Source: Lama guanicoe
Lineage: Eukaryota
DNA length: 64,000 bases
NCBI GenBank assembly: GCA_013239625.1
Contig: MU053504.1
Location: 560,001-624,000 of the forward strand
Reading direction: 5' to 3'
Below, one piece after another: positions 51,211 to 64,000 of this stretch. The notes below the pieces were generated by a model that worked only from the letters and a program-made list of their open reading frames with translations, made no database searches and was not told the DNA's origin. Position numbers and translations under genes: made by a program. Every line of letters begins with the position of its first letter. The stretch's first letter is position 1.

Positions 51211-54200
51211 AAATCAAAGGTACCCTTCCCTTCTCCCAGCCTCTGCACACACTTGGTAAGTCCCTTCCTCCTCCCAGACTAAGTCACACACATCTAAGAC
51301 CATGTGGCACTTCTAGCCCCAGGTGTGACCTGCTCAAGGCACTTTCCTTGTAACAGTAAGCACAAGAGAAGGCACTCACTCCCCACAAAGTAGGTCCCTC
51401 CAGGGCAAGGCTGAGGCTTTCCCCAGCTCCTAACACATCTGTTGAAAGACTAAGGGAAAGGTTTGGTGTGCTCACCAGTACGTAGTGAGTGAGAGGAAGA
51501 ACTGGTCAGTTATATTAATCCACAGGGACTGGGCAAAACCCAAAATATTGTAAATATTCTTTTTTATTCTAATTTAAAGGAAATAGAAGAATCATACCAA
51601 TCACAACAGGAATGTGGGCTTCCCACACTCCAGCTAGAGTCTAATGCCAGGTCCCAACTGACCACTCAAAACAGTCACTGAGTACCTACCCCAGGCCAGG
51701 CACTGATGGGGAGGGCCTGCATAACACCACCAGTGTGGGTCTGGCCTCCTGGAGCCTGCAGTCTATACTGCCTGACTGTGAGGAAGGCTGAGAGGAAGGG
51801 CGCCCTGCTGGAGACAGAGGCGTGAGTGTGTACGCCTGTGTGAAGGACCACTTTAGCCAAGGGTTGGGGAGACTCAGTGAAGGGGCGTCATTTAAGCTGC
51901 AGTAAGAACCTGCCTTGTGGTGGGGACTGAGGGCAGTGTGGTGGCACCTACGCAGAGGGGCAGCGACCTTCCTGTGGGGAAAGCTTGGTGAGTCTGTGGA
52001 ACTGAATGCAGGCCATGGAGGTCTGAGCTCCTGCGAGGGGAAAAGTAAAGGCGACAAGAGCACAGAGGGCAGCACCCGGGACGTGATTATTTCCTGTTCT
52101 CTCTCCTTTTCCTCTTTCCACTTTCTGTTCTGCTGGAATTTATTTGGCCAAAGTGAAAGGGGCCGGAGGGAAGAAACGCAAGGACTCACTGAACTCTTCA
52201 GTATGAACAAAGTAGACAAAAATGGCATATACAACAAAATGTCAACCATCGTGGAATCTGGGTGGTGGGCACAGGGGTATTTATTACTCTATTTTGATTT
52301 TTCTCTATGTCTGAAAACTTAACAAATAAGAGCTGCACACAGACCAAGAATGCTGTGAGGTCTCTGTTCATTTCAGACGAACAAGCCTTCTGCTCTCACC
52401 TGCAGAAGAAGAGAGCGCGGCCCATGCCTGAGTCTGTACTTGGGGAATCACAATCCCGGAGGAAGGAAAATAATGTTTTCACAGCAAGGCCTATTTTCAA
52501 AATGTTAACATCCAATTACGTGAAGGAAACTGGAGGAGAAAAAGACTGACACCGTAACCAGCTCCCACGGCCCGGCTGCTGTAGCCAAACCCTGCCCCGC
52601 TCACACCCACCAAGAAACCACGACAAACGCTAAAAACCTCCCTTGGTCCCCAAACTGAAGAGAACAGCTGCAGCCTTCTTAGCCGATACTGTGTAGGAAA
52701 CGTGCAGGCTTGGTTTAGATGAATCCTCACTCAGACTCATCCCTTTTTTGTAATGACTTATTTCCCCACCTGTGAAACGGGAGGGGGATGAGGTTTGGCC
52801 CATTCAACTCTGCCAACACTAAGATGCGTGTAGGTCTGGGCCACGCCAGAAGCTGGAGTGCTGAGTCCAGGACTCTACCTTTCTCCCACTCTAGACAGCG
52901 CAGGTGGTGCCGGCTCGAGGACAGACCAGGATGATGCATCACCCAGCGCCGGGGACACAGTATGTGCAGTAAGAGCATCACTGCTGCTGCCGCCCCTCCC
53001 AGAACGTGTGTGCCCCCAGCACCTCCTCACAGCAGGCATCATGACTCCCATTTCACTGGCGCACACAGAAGCTGAGAAAAACGGTTCACTCTGCCCAAGC
53101 TGCCATTAACATGTTACATGGCAGAAGCAAGATCTGAACCAGCAAAGGCCCCACATCCTCCTTGGGGATCACTGTCCGCCTGGTACCACCTCTGCCCACC
53201 TGCCCTTGGCATGCTCTGCATATCCCGGATACAATCAGGGCCCTGCTTCTGCACCTGCCACAGCAGCCCAGTGTCCACACAGTAGGCAGAAGGGAGGGGT
53301 CCTGTAATAATCCAAGTCAGCTCATGACCCTCTAAAGGTTCCCACTACTCCGAGAGAAAGCCAACGTTCTTACAACAACCAATGAGGTCCCACCATCACC
53401 TCATCTCCTATCGTCTTCCCCCTCACACAGTCCACTCCGGCCACACCGGTCTCCTCACTGCCCCTCCAATACACCAAGCATGCGCCAGCCTCGGGGCCTC
53501 TGCACTGCTCCTCCCTGTGCCTGGAACACTCTTCCCCTAGACAGCCACGCCACTCACTCACCAACGTCCTTCGGGTAAATATTAAAATGTCATTTTGTCA
53601 GAGGCCGTTTCCAAGGGAAGCAGCAAACCCCCTTCCCAGGCCCTCACTCTGTGTCAGCCTCTCCACGGAGCTTCTCACCACCTGACGTGTCACACCTCTG
53701 CGCTGTCAGTCTCCTCTCCACCAGATCAGGTCTTTGCCCAGTTCACTGGCCAGGTCTCCAATGCCTGACTGGCTGCTGTCACTCAGTAAATACCTACTGT
53801 AGAAGGAAAGGGCCCTGCTGTGGCCCTGCCCACACAGCACATCGGGGAAGCCATCTGAGCAGTCTCTGCTGGGGGAGAGTCTTCCTCCAGACAGCAGATC
53901 ATCAGCCAAGAAACACCCAGCAGGGGAGTGGGTGGAAAACAGCAGAGAGGAGGGGGGAGACAGAAGCTAAAGAAAAGCAAGGGGTGGCGGGGGGAAGGGG
54001 AGGTGGTTGCCACAAAGTGGCTACACCTGCCCTGGGAGCCTCAGTGTCCCTCCAAGTGGAGCTCCTGAGGAGGAAAGGCTCAGGGAGCCTTGGTTTTTCT
54101 CAGTCAGAAGCCAGGCTATGGACAACTTAAACCCAATCCCAAGGACAAGATGTCAACTGAAAAAAGAATTCCTCAGTCCACTTGAGGTGGCTCTGACAAT

Positions 54201-57200
54201 GGCAGGCACATGGCTTTCTGATGTGAGTGAAAGGGACACAAGCCTAGCTGTGTGTCAGCACAAGCTCTACGATACAGATGATGAAGCTGCTGGAGGCAAG
54301 GAGGCAGCCGTGAGAATCCACTTGATCCTCAAGGCACATACTTGGCAGGCCACTCTTCCACCTCCTCCCTCCCACCTCAATGCCTGGCATGCTGCTAGGG
54401 GGTGCCTGGCTGGGGACAGTAAAGTTTTCATTTTCCCTTCTACCCTTTGTGGCACCACAAAGAGGTGGCACAGGCCATTCTATGATGCCATGCTCATGCT
54501 ATGCTCTGCTCGAGGCCACGGAAGGCACCAGAGGGAGCCTTGAGAGGGGCATCCAGGCTACTACTGGCAGCTGCTAGGAGTATTTAAAACACCTATGTGG
54601 CCAAAGTCAGTCTGTGCTACCCAATGAAGATGGGACTCCAGCTTCCTTACTTCCACTGCTGTTTCTCTGAACATGCTTCCCAATCAGCAGGAGCAGACAC
54701 CTGGCCAGAGCAGACTGGATCAAGAGTGTTCAACTGAACTGAACCTGGGTCAATCAGATTCTCCCTAGGAACTGTAACCATGGAAGCCAAGCAATCTGAG
54801 CTAGCTACGCAAAAGAAGACAGAGAAACCGGGTGTGGGGGTGGAAGGAGGGTGGGTGGGCACACAGGGACTTCCACCATCCACCACTTGGGAGAAACAGA
54901 AAGACAGAAAGCTGTATGAGAGACTACTGAGGCAGCCAGGGAGAGAGAAAGAGAGATTAAAACTAGGGGCATGATGAGACTTTCTTCTCCCTTCCCGAGG
55001 TCCACTGGGCTTCCTGCCTGGAAGACCCGCAGATTTTTATGAAACTCCCCATCTCTTCATCATGTTGAGAAGAGATGAATTCTGTTCCCAGTGGCTTAAA
55101 AGCCTTAACCGCTACAGATGAAATCTCATAGCGCCTACCCATTTCTCTCACGCCCCCACAGGTCTCAAACAGGTTCTTCCTGGGAGGCTGGTGGCAAAGA
55201 CCTGTGGTAATAAAGCCACCTGCCCAATGAAGCAGAGCTGGCTTCTCACCAGGGTGTCTTTGTAGGGCGTATCAAAAATGAAATAAAAAGGAAAGCTTTT
55301 GTCCTAATGCATGCCAGGGTCCTGCTGCTGTTCTGGGAACGTGTGGGTCGGTGCCACCCTTGAGGAAAACACGAACATGGAGAAGAGGCACTGGGAGCCC
55401 TGATGGTGTTCTGGGTCCCACGACCATCTGTTCTCTTAGGAGAAGGCTCCAGACATGCTGTATGGGGACATTTCAACCAAGAGGCACAGTGAAATTCGGT
55501 TCTACCTACATGCTGGTGTCCAGTTCTGCCATCAGCACCAGAAGCTGGGGGAGCCAAGGACAAGGGGCACAGACTTGGTAGTGGGACAGCTGTAGCAAAT
55601 TATCCTAGTGTGGCTACTTACAAACTGGGGGCAAGAGGGGGACAGAAGTCACCTCATCACCTCTCTGAGTCAGTCTCTGCCCCGGGTGGCTGTGGGAGCT
55701 GAACTGCCCACCCACCCCAGCACTGGTTATTCTTCTCATCTCACAGATCAAAACAACCAAACGTCACAAGTTTTCCTTCCCTAGAACTCCTAGGCTCAGG
55801 TGCCGACCGTGGTCTACAAAGATAGCCATTTAAAACATCAAAATCACTTTCCAGTTTCGTTTGCAGGCACGAGAGACTGGTGGCAAAGATCCGTGGTACA
55901 AAGGTAGGTTTCAATACTTCCTTCTTTGGTAGCCTTTTCAGAGGCTGTAGTCTCTAACCCCCTCCACCCTCTGCCTCCTTTTCTACCCATGGAGAAGGTC
56001 CAGAGAAATAAAAAAGCCAGAGAAATAAAAGGACACATGGAGCGGGGGCTGTTAGTTGCCTTTTTTCCTTCCCAAAGTCATTTCCCTCAACAGGGGGTTC
56101 CCCCGATGATCTGGGAGAGAAAGGTAGAGCGAATCCCTGGGTAGAAGGGTCAGAACTGCCTACAGCCTACTCCCCAGGAGGAGGAGGAGGAAAACGGAGG
56201 GAAGGAGAAGAAACAGAGGAAAGAGGAGGAGGAACATGGGAAAGGGTGGGAAGAGGGAAAAAAGGGAAGGAGAAGGGGGAGGAAAGTTATTCATATTAAC
56301 AACTGTAGCTACACCAATCATCAGCCCCCCACTACAGCCAAGAAGTCCCCGCCTACTGAGCCTCCCTCCCTCCCCCAGTACAACCCAGGAGAACCTTGTA
56401 AGGGCATGAAGTAAAAGATGGTTTCAAGGCATATGACTGTCATGTTAGAATTCTGGCTGAAGGTCTAATATTTCCTTTAGCTTTCTTTTAGCTTCCTTTA
56501 ATTTAGGTACCTTAACTGGGCTTCAATTTCCTTAGCTTTAAAACAGGGATAAGCGAAACCTCTACTAGAAGGGTTAGGGGCTAAATCACAAGTTCTGTCG
56601 GCCTGGGCCATCACTGCCACCGAGGCTTGGATTTGTAGGTAGCTCAAAAGTAAGAAGAGGAAGAAGATCGTGCAGATCTAGTTCCTCCAAGGCCACGCTG
56701 GGCCAAAGTAATGACTTAGAAAGTGGTACGTTTCCCAGCCCGCGACGGAGGGGAGAGGCGAATCCCGAGTTCCCCACGGAACAGGCTGAATTCCCACAGA
56801 CTGGGAATTACCTCGCCCTCCTTATCTCCATCGAAGGGTGGGGCGGGAGTAGGGTGTCAATCCGGACACAGAAATGGTACAAATTCTCTCGGATGGTCCT
56901 TGGCCAGGGCTCTGCCCACTCCTGAGCGTGCGACCTTGGACAAGTGACTTCGCCTCCCCAAGCTTCAGTTTCCCCATCTGTGCAGTGGGCAGAACGGCAG
57001 CACTTGCACACAACTGCTTTCGAAGTGCGAAATAATGTTCGGGCCCCGGTCAGGGCTTGAGCGCGCGGCTCAAACTGTCGGGGTCCGGCAGGCCCGAGGC
57101 TGCCCCTCGGGGGCGCTGCCACCGCCCAGGCCTCGGCCTCCGGCCATGCGGGCCTCGCCGCCGCCCCGCCCCGGGCCTCTGCCCCAGGCCGCAACGGCCG

Positions 57201-57231
57201 CCCCCGGGCCGCCCCCCCGGCCCCGACTCAC

Positions 57232-57279
57232 CCGTGTAGTGCACCACGCAGGTCTGGCCGCGCTTCGGGAAGGTGCGCC
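57232..57279 (-). CDS. FKBP1A: FKBP12 exon 2 (48 nt): (G)RTFPKRGQTCVVHYT
   Basis: Exact FKBP12 peptide; acceptor tgtctcctcAG, donor CGG|GTGAGT. Confidence 0.98.
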
Positions 57280-57377
57280 CTGAGGAGACAGACGGACGGA
57301 CAGACAGACAGACGGGCGCGGTGAGCGGATGCGCGCGGCGGCGGGTCACTCCGGGGCCGCCGGGCGCGCCTACTTAC

Positions 57378-57414
57378 CGTCTCCGGGGGAGATGGTCTCC
57401 ACCTGCACTCCCAT
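57378..57414 (-). CDS. FKBP1A: FKBP12 exon 1 coding part (37 nt): MGVQVETISPGD
   Basis: GCCGCC ATG G perfect Kozak context; donor ACG|GTAAGT; 98-nt intron 1. Confidence 0.98.
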
Positions 57415-57440
57415 GGCGGCGGCGGCGGCGGCGGCGGCGG
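57415..57440 (-). repeat. FKBP1A: (GCC)8 trinucleotide repeat abutting the FKBP1A start codon
   Basis: Plus strand (GGC)8GG directly after cat (57412-57414). Confidence 0.95.
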
Positions 57441-60209
57441 ACGCTGGGCGGGCGGGCGGGCTGCGCGACGGGCGGCGTGGAACGAGAGCGGACCTGGCGG
57501 CGGTTCCCCGGCTCTGCCTCGTCTCTCCGCTCGACGCCTGCGCACGCGCGCGCCCCCGCACGCCCCGCCCTGCGTGCGCGCCCCACACGGCGCGCACGTC
57601 CCTGGAGCCCAGGCCGCGGGGCAGGGGGACCGGAAGCCCGGAAGCCCCGAGGCCTCCGGATGCGGCCGTCCCGAGGGGCGGTCCTGTTTCCCCTACCTTT
57701 CCTTTCTCTGTGCTCCCAGCCCGGCTGGCGTCTCTAACCCAGTTTCCGCATCTGAGAAATGAGAATGAGAATTGGGGATCTGCCAGTTACTGACCGGGGG
57801 ACCACAAGTTCATACTTACTCATGCTGTAAAAAGGGTGGTTGTGAGAGGTCAGCGCATCTGTGCGTTCATGTTAACATTCAGTCGGTGGTTCACGATTCT
57901 GGGCTCTGCTTTTCTGCGTTGAAGGAGGCCGTAGCATTTACACTGCCCTACAGGAAGCCTGTCCTCTCCTGTCCGGATTCATTCATTCATGCATTCATCC
58001 AGTCACAGCTTACATACATATATCCTTATTGGGCACCTGCCATATGCCATACGCTGAGTTAGGTGCTGGGGAAACAGCAATAAAGGGACAGACTCAGTTC
58101 CTATGTTAAGTCACAGAAATTACAGTTTTATGAGGGAGAGACCATTGAATAACCACACAGATAAATGTGAAGTTTCAAATCTGTAAGTACTGTGAGAGCA
58201 GTACCTGGCATTACGCTATGAGGGACATTTAATAAAGATGCCTAACAGCCTGGAGTGTGGTAATATGGTTCCCTGAAGTCAGGTTTAGCCAAGGTCTGAA
58301 GGAGTTGACCAGATGTGTGTGCTGGGGTAGGTAAGACAGAAGGAATATGCAGAGGAAGCACTGTGATACAGTGGAGGACCTGAGGGAAGCTGATCTTGAT
58401 ACATGTGCTCCTGAGGTATTTTAAACATGACCTCAAAGTTCTTTGACCCTCTTCCTGTCGTCTCTGTCTCCTTTCCCTAGAATCTCAGTAAGCTTGTGGT
58501 TGCTTTGGCAATTTCCATATTGTTTAGGATATGGGCTGTAACAAAAAAAAATAACAGTGGCTGAAAAGAGACAGAAGTTGATGTCTCTCTCTTTTAACAG
58601 CCTAGAGGCAGGTAGGACGGCTTGGTTTCCTGGGCTGTCCAGGGACCCATGCTTTCTACTTCTCATTCTCCATCCTTAGGATTCTACCCTCATAGGCAGG
58701 GTCCAAGTGGCTCTCCAACATGTTTGCATTCTAACCAGTGGAAAAGGGGAAAGGTTGAATATGAGGGTATATCCCTCTCTCTTTAAGTGCATGACTTGGA
58801 AGTTGCATACACCTCTGCATCTCTTCCCCTTTCACCTTACTGACTACAACTCGTCGTACAGCCAAATGTAGCTGTGTGCGAGGCTGGGAAATATAGTCTT
58901 TATTCTGGGTGGTCATGTGCCCAACTAAGAATCAGGGATTCCGTTTCATAGAAGAAGGGAAAAATGATTATTGAGGCAAGATTAGAGAGGGTGATTCCCA
59001 GCAGCACCCTCGCCACCACCGGCCCCCAGCCGCAGCTCCTTCACCGCCAAACCATCTAGAGAAAGTCAGACTGCAGAGGGTTCCTGGGTCCAGTTTTCCC
59101 TGAATCCCAGTAGGATATGGATTGCCTCACTTTCGTTCTGTGATCTGGTGGTTCTCTCATGGCTCTGGATTGAGCATCTGTTCAACACATAGACCTGACT
59201 TTGAATCAGTCTGCATCACAATCTGCAGGTGTAAGATTTTTTTTTTACCCTTTTCTACGGAGATTTACCAAAGACCTCACGATTGTACCACCTCTTCACT
59301 GGCTTGAGAAAAAGAAAGAAAAGATGTAGCTCCCGTTTTAGCCACTGGTATTGATATGCTGCAGGGACCTGCAATGAATTAAACCCCAGGACTGATGTGT
59401 GCTGTGCAGAACAAGGGACACTTACTAAAAATCTGTAAGATCTTTTAAATAGTTGGGAGGGGTCCTTTGCAAATTGGCTTTGATTCTATATATAGCCTAG
59501 TTATTAATTTGATTATTTAATTAATGGATGATTGAATATGGCAGGTGGGGAAAATTGTTACGGAGCAAAACAAAGCTGGTTGAAATGGGTGGGGTCCAGG
59601 GTAGGCCTCTTCTAGGAGCTGACATTTGATCAGAGGCCTGAGTACAGTGTGTGTGTATGGGGGACCAAACAGGCCATGTAGAGATCTGGAGAAGTGTGTT
59701 CCAGGCAGAGAGAAAAGCATGTGCAAAGGCCTGGAAGGTGGGAGCATGCTGGGCACATCTGAGCAACAGCAGGGGAGCCCAGGGTGGGGAGCCCGGTGGG
59801 AGAGGAGGGGGAGGAGCCACTCAGTCCACATCTCTGTGTCCTGGTTTCATCTGTAAAACAGAGAAAACAATGGCACACACCTCATCAGGTTGTTGTGAGA
59901 ATTAAATTTATAATTCTATTGTGGAAAATGTTCATTTGAACGCTGAGAAGAGCTTTGAGCAGGACGTAAGCACTCAGCGGATACTGGCTATCTCATAGAA
60001 AAAAAGTCAGGGAGGATCTACATTAGATGAGAGATTGTCATTATCTAGGATAGTAATGCTGGATTATGGAGGGACAGTACTTTTATCTGTGTTTTATGTT
60101 TCAAATGATCGGGTATAATCAGAAAAAAATAGCTATTAATATATTTCCTTTAAAAAAAAACTTCCTTGTGCAGTGTGGGCAGTCTCAGATAACTTGGGTT
60201 TGGAAGAAA

Positions 60210-60560
60210 TAGGGGTGAAGATTATGGACACAGAGGTGGAGGAGAGGGAGATGGAGGAAGAGGGGGATGAGGAGATGGTGGGAGTCAGTGCTGGTGATGG
60301 TGGTGGTGGTACAGGTGATGGTGGAGATGCAGGTAGAAGAGGAGGTGGTGGATGTGATGGTAGTGGAGGTGCAGGCGGTGACAGTAAGGATGTTGGTGGA
60401 GGTTGTGAAGATGGTGGTGGTGGTAGACAAGGAGGTGGAGGAAGGAGAGGTACAGGTTACTTTGAACATGATGGTAAAGGTGATGGTGAGAGAGGACTGC
60501 CTAGGGAGGAGGTGGTGGACGATGGTAGAGATGGTGGAGGAGGTGGTGCAGGCAGTTGTG
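60210..60560. repeat. Degenerate (GGT/GAT/GGA)n low-complexity repeat
   Basis: Run of ggtggt/gatggt/ggagga triplets that produces compositionally biased ORFs in three frames. Confidence 0.85.
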
Positions 60561-61808
60561 CTTGTGGATTCGAGCATTTCATCTGGGGACCACTTGGAAA
60601 TAGATACCTTGTAGTGGGATTGTCTGACCTCTTGAAGAAGGGAGCATATTTGAGTTTCTGTAGTGAGACTACATTGAATGTCTTTGTGAAGCATTAGTTT
60701 CCTGTGTCTACCCCTTGATTATGGTACAGATGGGCCCCAGAGGCCCTCACTGGAACCACATGGCAATGGGCAGCTGAGTTATTATCTCAGCCCTTGACCT
60801 AACTTCTCCTAAAGCCAAGGGCTTTGGCCCTGGGTGACATCTACCCGACCCCTTCCCATTCACTGACCTTCCTGAGTCTCCAGCCCCAGAGTCCTGACCA
60901 AGAGAAAGGCAGCACCTGTCCCCAGCCAGCTAGAACTGCCAGGTTCCATAAAGCCACCAGAGCTCCGGAGACAGTGCTCAGAGGGACAAGGCTGTGTTTT
61001 TCTTGACCAGGTAGGTTCCCAGTGAGTGGGATTCCTCCTGGATTGAGCTCCAAGTTGGACCTTGTAAAATCAAATATTCCAAACCCAGACCCATCCAGCC
61101 ATTTCTCTGCATGACGCCTTCCATGCATATCCCACCAGCACTGCAAAAGCCACTCTCCTCACACTCCCACAGGTGTCTGTCTCCTACCAGCTTCCCTGTC
61201 TCTCCAGATGGCACCAATGTAAGTGGCAAACCGGAAGTTGGGCACCCTCCTGGCTTCTGATGCCCCATCACCAATCAAGAAAATCCTACCCTCTCCCAAG
61301 CCCTCAAATCGCCCGCTTCTCTCCACCCCACTGCCAGCACCCAGGCCAAGTTCTGTCGCATCTCATCTCCCACTCTGACAATTGCGAATGCCTCCAGGCT
61401 TCTCTTTCATTTTAAAGCCATTTGTTCATGTATAACATACATCTAGATAACTGCAAAATCAAAAGTACACACCACAAACTGAAAACACTTAAGAAACCAT
61501 CACCTGACCAAGAAATAGCAGACGAACAACCCCTAAGAAGTCCCCTTGGGCCCCTCCATCGGCTCCTTCTCTTTTCCCTGAGGGTACCCTTGATTCTGAC
61601 ACCACAGATTAGTTTTATATAAATAGAATCATATAGTATTTGCTCTTTTGGTGTCTGGATTATTTTGATTAACTTTATGTTTGTGAAATTCATCAGAATG
61701 TTTGCCTGTAGCAGTCATCGGTTCATTTGCGCTGCTCATTGTATTCCACTGTACAAACATACCACATTTATTTATATATTCTATCATAATGGGAACTTAG
61801 GCTATTTC

Positions 61809-62070
61809 TATTTAAAAAAAAGTAATAAACGAAAACCTCAGTTACATAGAGTTGGGAGACCAGCCAATGAAAAGCCTCGGGCCCTTAGTTTACTAGAGCC
61901 CTCCCAAATTCCTTTCTCCCTCTATAAAAGCGTTCTCCTTCCCTTGCTCTGCAGGGTCTTGCACGTGGCTCACCATGGTTGCAGACCCTGAATGGCAGTT
62001 CTCTGCTGATCCTGAATAAACCTATCTTTGCTGGAGAAAAATCCGGCAGTCTATTTGTTTCAGGTCAATA
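61809..62070 (+). mobile_element. ERV1-type solo LTR inserted into an older L1 3' fragment
   Basis: 4-bp TSD tttc (61805-61808 and 62071-62074); CCAAT near 61864, TATAAAA near 61923 and AATAAA near 62015, in LTR order. Confidence 0.75.
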
Positions 62071-62454
62071 TTTCCAGTTTGGGGCTATTGAAATGCCCTT
62101 TTTAGACATATGGGCTCATTTCTCTTGGGTATACACCTAGGAGAATTCGTTTTCCAGGATAATCCTAACAATTTACTCTCCCATCCACAGTGTGTTTTAC
62201 CAATTTATTTCCTTCTCCCAGCCAGCATGATATTTAATAGATATGAAAGGTGTATGGTTCAAAATTCTAAAATTAAAAAAAAAGACAGTGTAACATAAGT
62301 CCTTCTCCTACTCTGTCCCTCAGCCACTCAGATGCCCCTTCTCCTTACAGCCACAATTGCTGTCTTGTGTATCTTTCCGGAGTGTGTGTGTGGGATCTAC
62401 ACAGAAACAGGCAAATACGTATTTATATCCATTTATATTCTATATAGACAGAAG

Positions 62455-62841
62455 CGATGGAAACCAGATATGTCATCCCAAAATATACCTCTTTGACATA
62501 AAATTATTTTAAGCTGAAGACAAAAGATGACAGCAGAGGAATCTACAAACAAACCTTATTCCATTTGTTTCCTTCCATGTATTTACCTTCCCACAATCTG
62601 CCATCTTGGAAGCTTAAACTGCCTTCCTTTGTTCTGTCATTTGTCTATAACTTTATTGTTCTTTGTTGAAGATGCTATACATGCTGGAATTTTAAGCTGC
62701 GGTTTTTAATGACTTTTCGTTAGGATTCTCCCCGTGATGTGTGCTGCATGTATTAATAAACTGTTTTCTCTTGTTAATATCTTTTTGTAAGAGTCCCAGA
62801 TGAAAATCTACGATGGGTAGGTAAAGTTTTGCCCCCCTACA
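62455..62841 (+). mobile_element. MER34-like ERV1 solo LTR
   Basis: 4-bp TSD gaag (62451-62454 and 62842-62845); start ...ccagatatgtcatcccaaaatatacctctttgacataa; AATAAA near 62755; end ccccctaCA. Confidence 0.75.
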
Positions 62842-63092
62842 GAAGCAAACTACACATTCCAAGGGAGGGAGAGAAAATGGAACCAGGTCCTCATGTTTAA
62901 ATCCTGCCTCCTCCACCTACTGACTGCATGACCTTGGGCAAGAAACTTACACTATGTTTCTCTTCTCTCCCTAATGGGGTTGGTGTGAGGATCATGGGTT
63001 CATATTTATGAAGTGCTTAAACAGTGCCGGGCACATGGTGAGCCGTATTTTTGGAAATGACATATCAGGTATCTTGGAGAACATCCATTTTC

Positions 63093-63273
63093 TTTTACTT
63101 TACTTTTCTTTTCTTTCTTTCTTTCTTTTTTTTTGGTTGGGTGGGAGGTAATTAGGTTTGTTTGTTTGTTTGTTTGTTTATTTATTTATTTTTAGAGGGG
63201 GTACTGGGCCCTTAACCCAGAACCTTGTGTATGCTAAGCATGAGCTCTACCACTTAAGCTATACTCCACACCC
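63093..63273 (-). mobile_element. tRNA-derived SINE of the camelid Vic-1 type with a 15-bp TSD
   Basis: Minus strand reads gggtgtggagtatagcttaagtggtagagctcatgcttagcatacacaaggttctgggtt...cccagtacc...aaataaataaa...cctaattacctccc plus A-tail. Perfect TSD agaacatccattttc at 63078-63092 and 63274-63288. Confidence 0.88.
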
Positions 63274-64000
63274 AGAACATCCATTTTCATGCATGAGCTC
63301 TCATTCTTTATAAATGGCTGTATTGTATTCACTGTGTGAATGTACCATAATTTACTGAACCATCTGCTTAAATTCATTTAGAGTCTTTTATTACAGACTG
63401 ATTCAAAGCTATTCATTCATTTATATGCACACGCTTCACTTATCTCCCAGAATGCACCACACTCTCTGGGGCTTCCTGGCCTTTGTACCTTCTGCTCCCT
63501 CCTCCTGGAACATTCTTCACCAGCTCTGACCACTTGGCTGATTCCTGCACAACATCTGGTTCTCTGCTCCAAAGTCCTCTCCTTGAGGATGGCTCTCTGG
63601 CTCCCTGACAGGCCACGCCTGCCTGTGAGAAGTTCCGGTGTCTGTCTTGCCCCTCACCTTCCTTGCTGTCCTTTGGTCACTGTCTCTCTCCCCTGCAGAT
63701 TGTACCTAAGGTCTGACCCTCAAGGAGCTGGTGGCTCACCTTAGACCCTTGGGCCTGGCACAGAGCAGGTGCTTATCAATCCTCATTGACTGATGGATAC
63801 CAGGGGCTTTTTCTCTCACTTCTTTTAATCTCCTAAATCTGCAAGAGACCTGGACTTTAGAAAGTGCATTTCCATGTGCTCAATATCTCAGTTGCCCTGG
63901 TGGTCCTGAGGGATATTAGCAAGCTCATTGGTCTGAGGTCACAGCTTATCTGCTTTCTGCGCAGATCCAGTAACAACTAACCCTTAACAAGTGTGTGCCC

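Larger units (their letters stand above)
57030..57700 (-). promoter_or_regulatory. FKBP1A: FKBP1A CpG-island promoter and 5'UTR
   Basis: Very high CpG; NRF1-like TGCGCACGCGC near 57539; GC box ccccgccc at 57563-57570; tandem ETS/GABPA ACCGGAAG/CCGGAAG at 57629-57644. Confidence 0.92.

Noticed and set aside
51686..54543. Long ORFs (135-187 aa) in FKBP1A intron 2
   Set aside because: No recognisable domains, partly overlapping L2/MIR remnants, and no consistent exon structure.
57415..57597. N-terminally extended, poly-Ala FKBP12 suggested by the ORF track
   Set aside because: No upstream ATG; the frame is open only because the DNA is GC-rich, and the true ATG has an optimal Kozak context.
60173..60697. 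Overlapping 115-174 aa ORFs (Gly-rich, Val/Glu-rich, and mucin-like Thr/Ser-rich on the minus strand)
   Set aside because: Products of a degenerate GGT/GAT triplet repeat that is open in several frames; no convincing splice or promoter context.
63200..63273. tRNA gene
   Set aside because: The B-box is degenerate, and the A-tail and TSD show it is a SINE head.

Overview
Mammalian genomic DNA, most likely a camelid (inferred from a Vic-1-type tRNA-derived SINE at 63093-63273), covering the FKBP1A-SDCBP2 locus. The complete FKBP1A gene lies on the minus strand: four coding exons encode a 108-aa FKBP12, followed by a non-coding exon 5 ending near 36131, with a CpG-island promoter at about 57.0-57.7 kb. 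Downstream on the same strand is the 5' part of SDCBP2 (syntenin-2), with three coding exons at 676-2174 and a probable non-coding exon 1 near 10.1 kb; the gene runs off the left edge. The rest is intronic or intergenic DNA rich in L1, L2, MIR, MaLR/ERV LTR and Tigger/hAT fragments, with extra CpG-rich islands at about 6.0-7.1, 18.6-18.9 and 28.4-28.8 kb. The most unusual structure is a TSD-flanked 3.6-kb retro-insertion (26096-29704). It consists of an L1 5'UTR plus ORF1 only, fused at the end of ORF1 to about 1.6 kb of non-L1 DNA. That DNA carries an intact NRF1-type CpG promoter, a first-exon-like segment and a perfect splice donor pointing toward SDCBP2, and it ends at an LTR-derived ATTAAA, a degenerate A-tail and the second TSD. 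Repeat family names come from recall of consensus sequences, not from a RepeatMasker run. Nearly all ORFs in the six-frame track are spurious.
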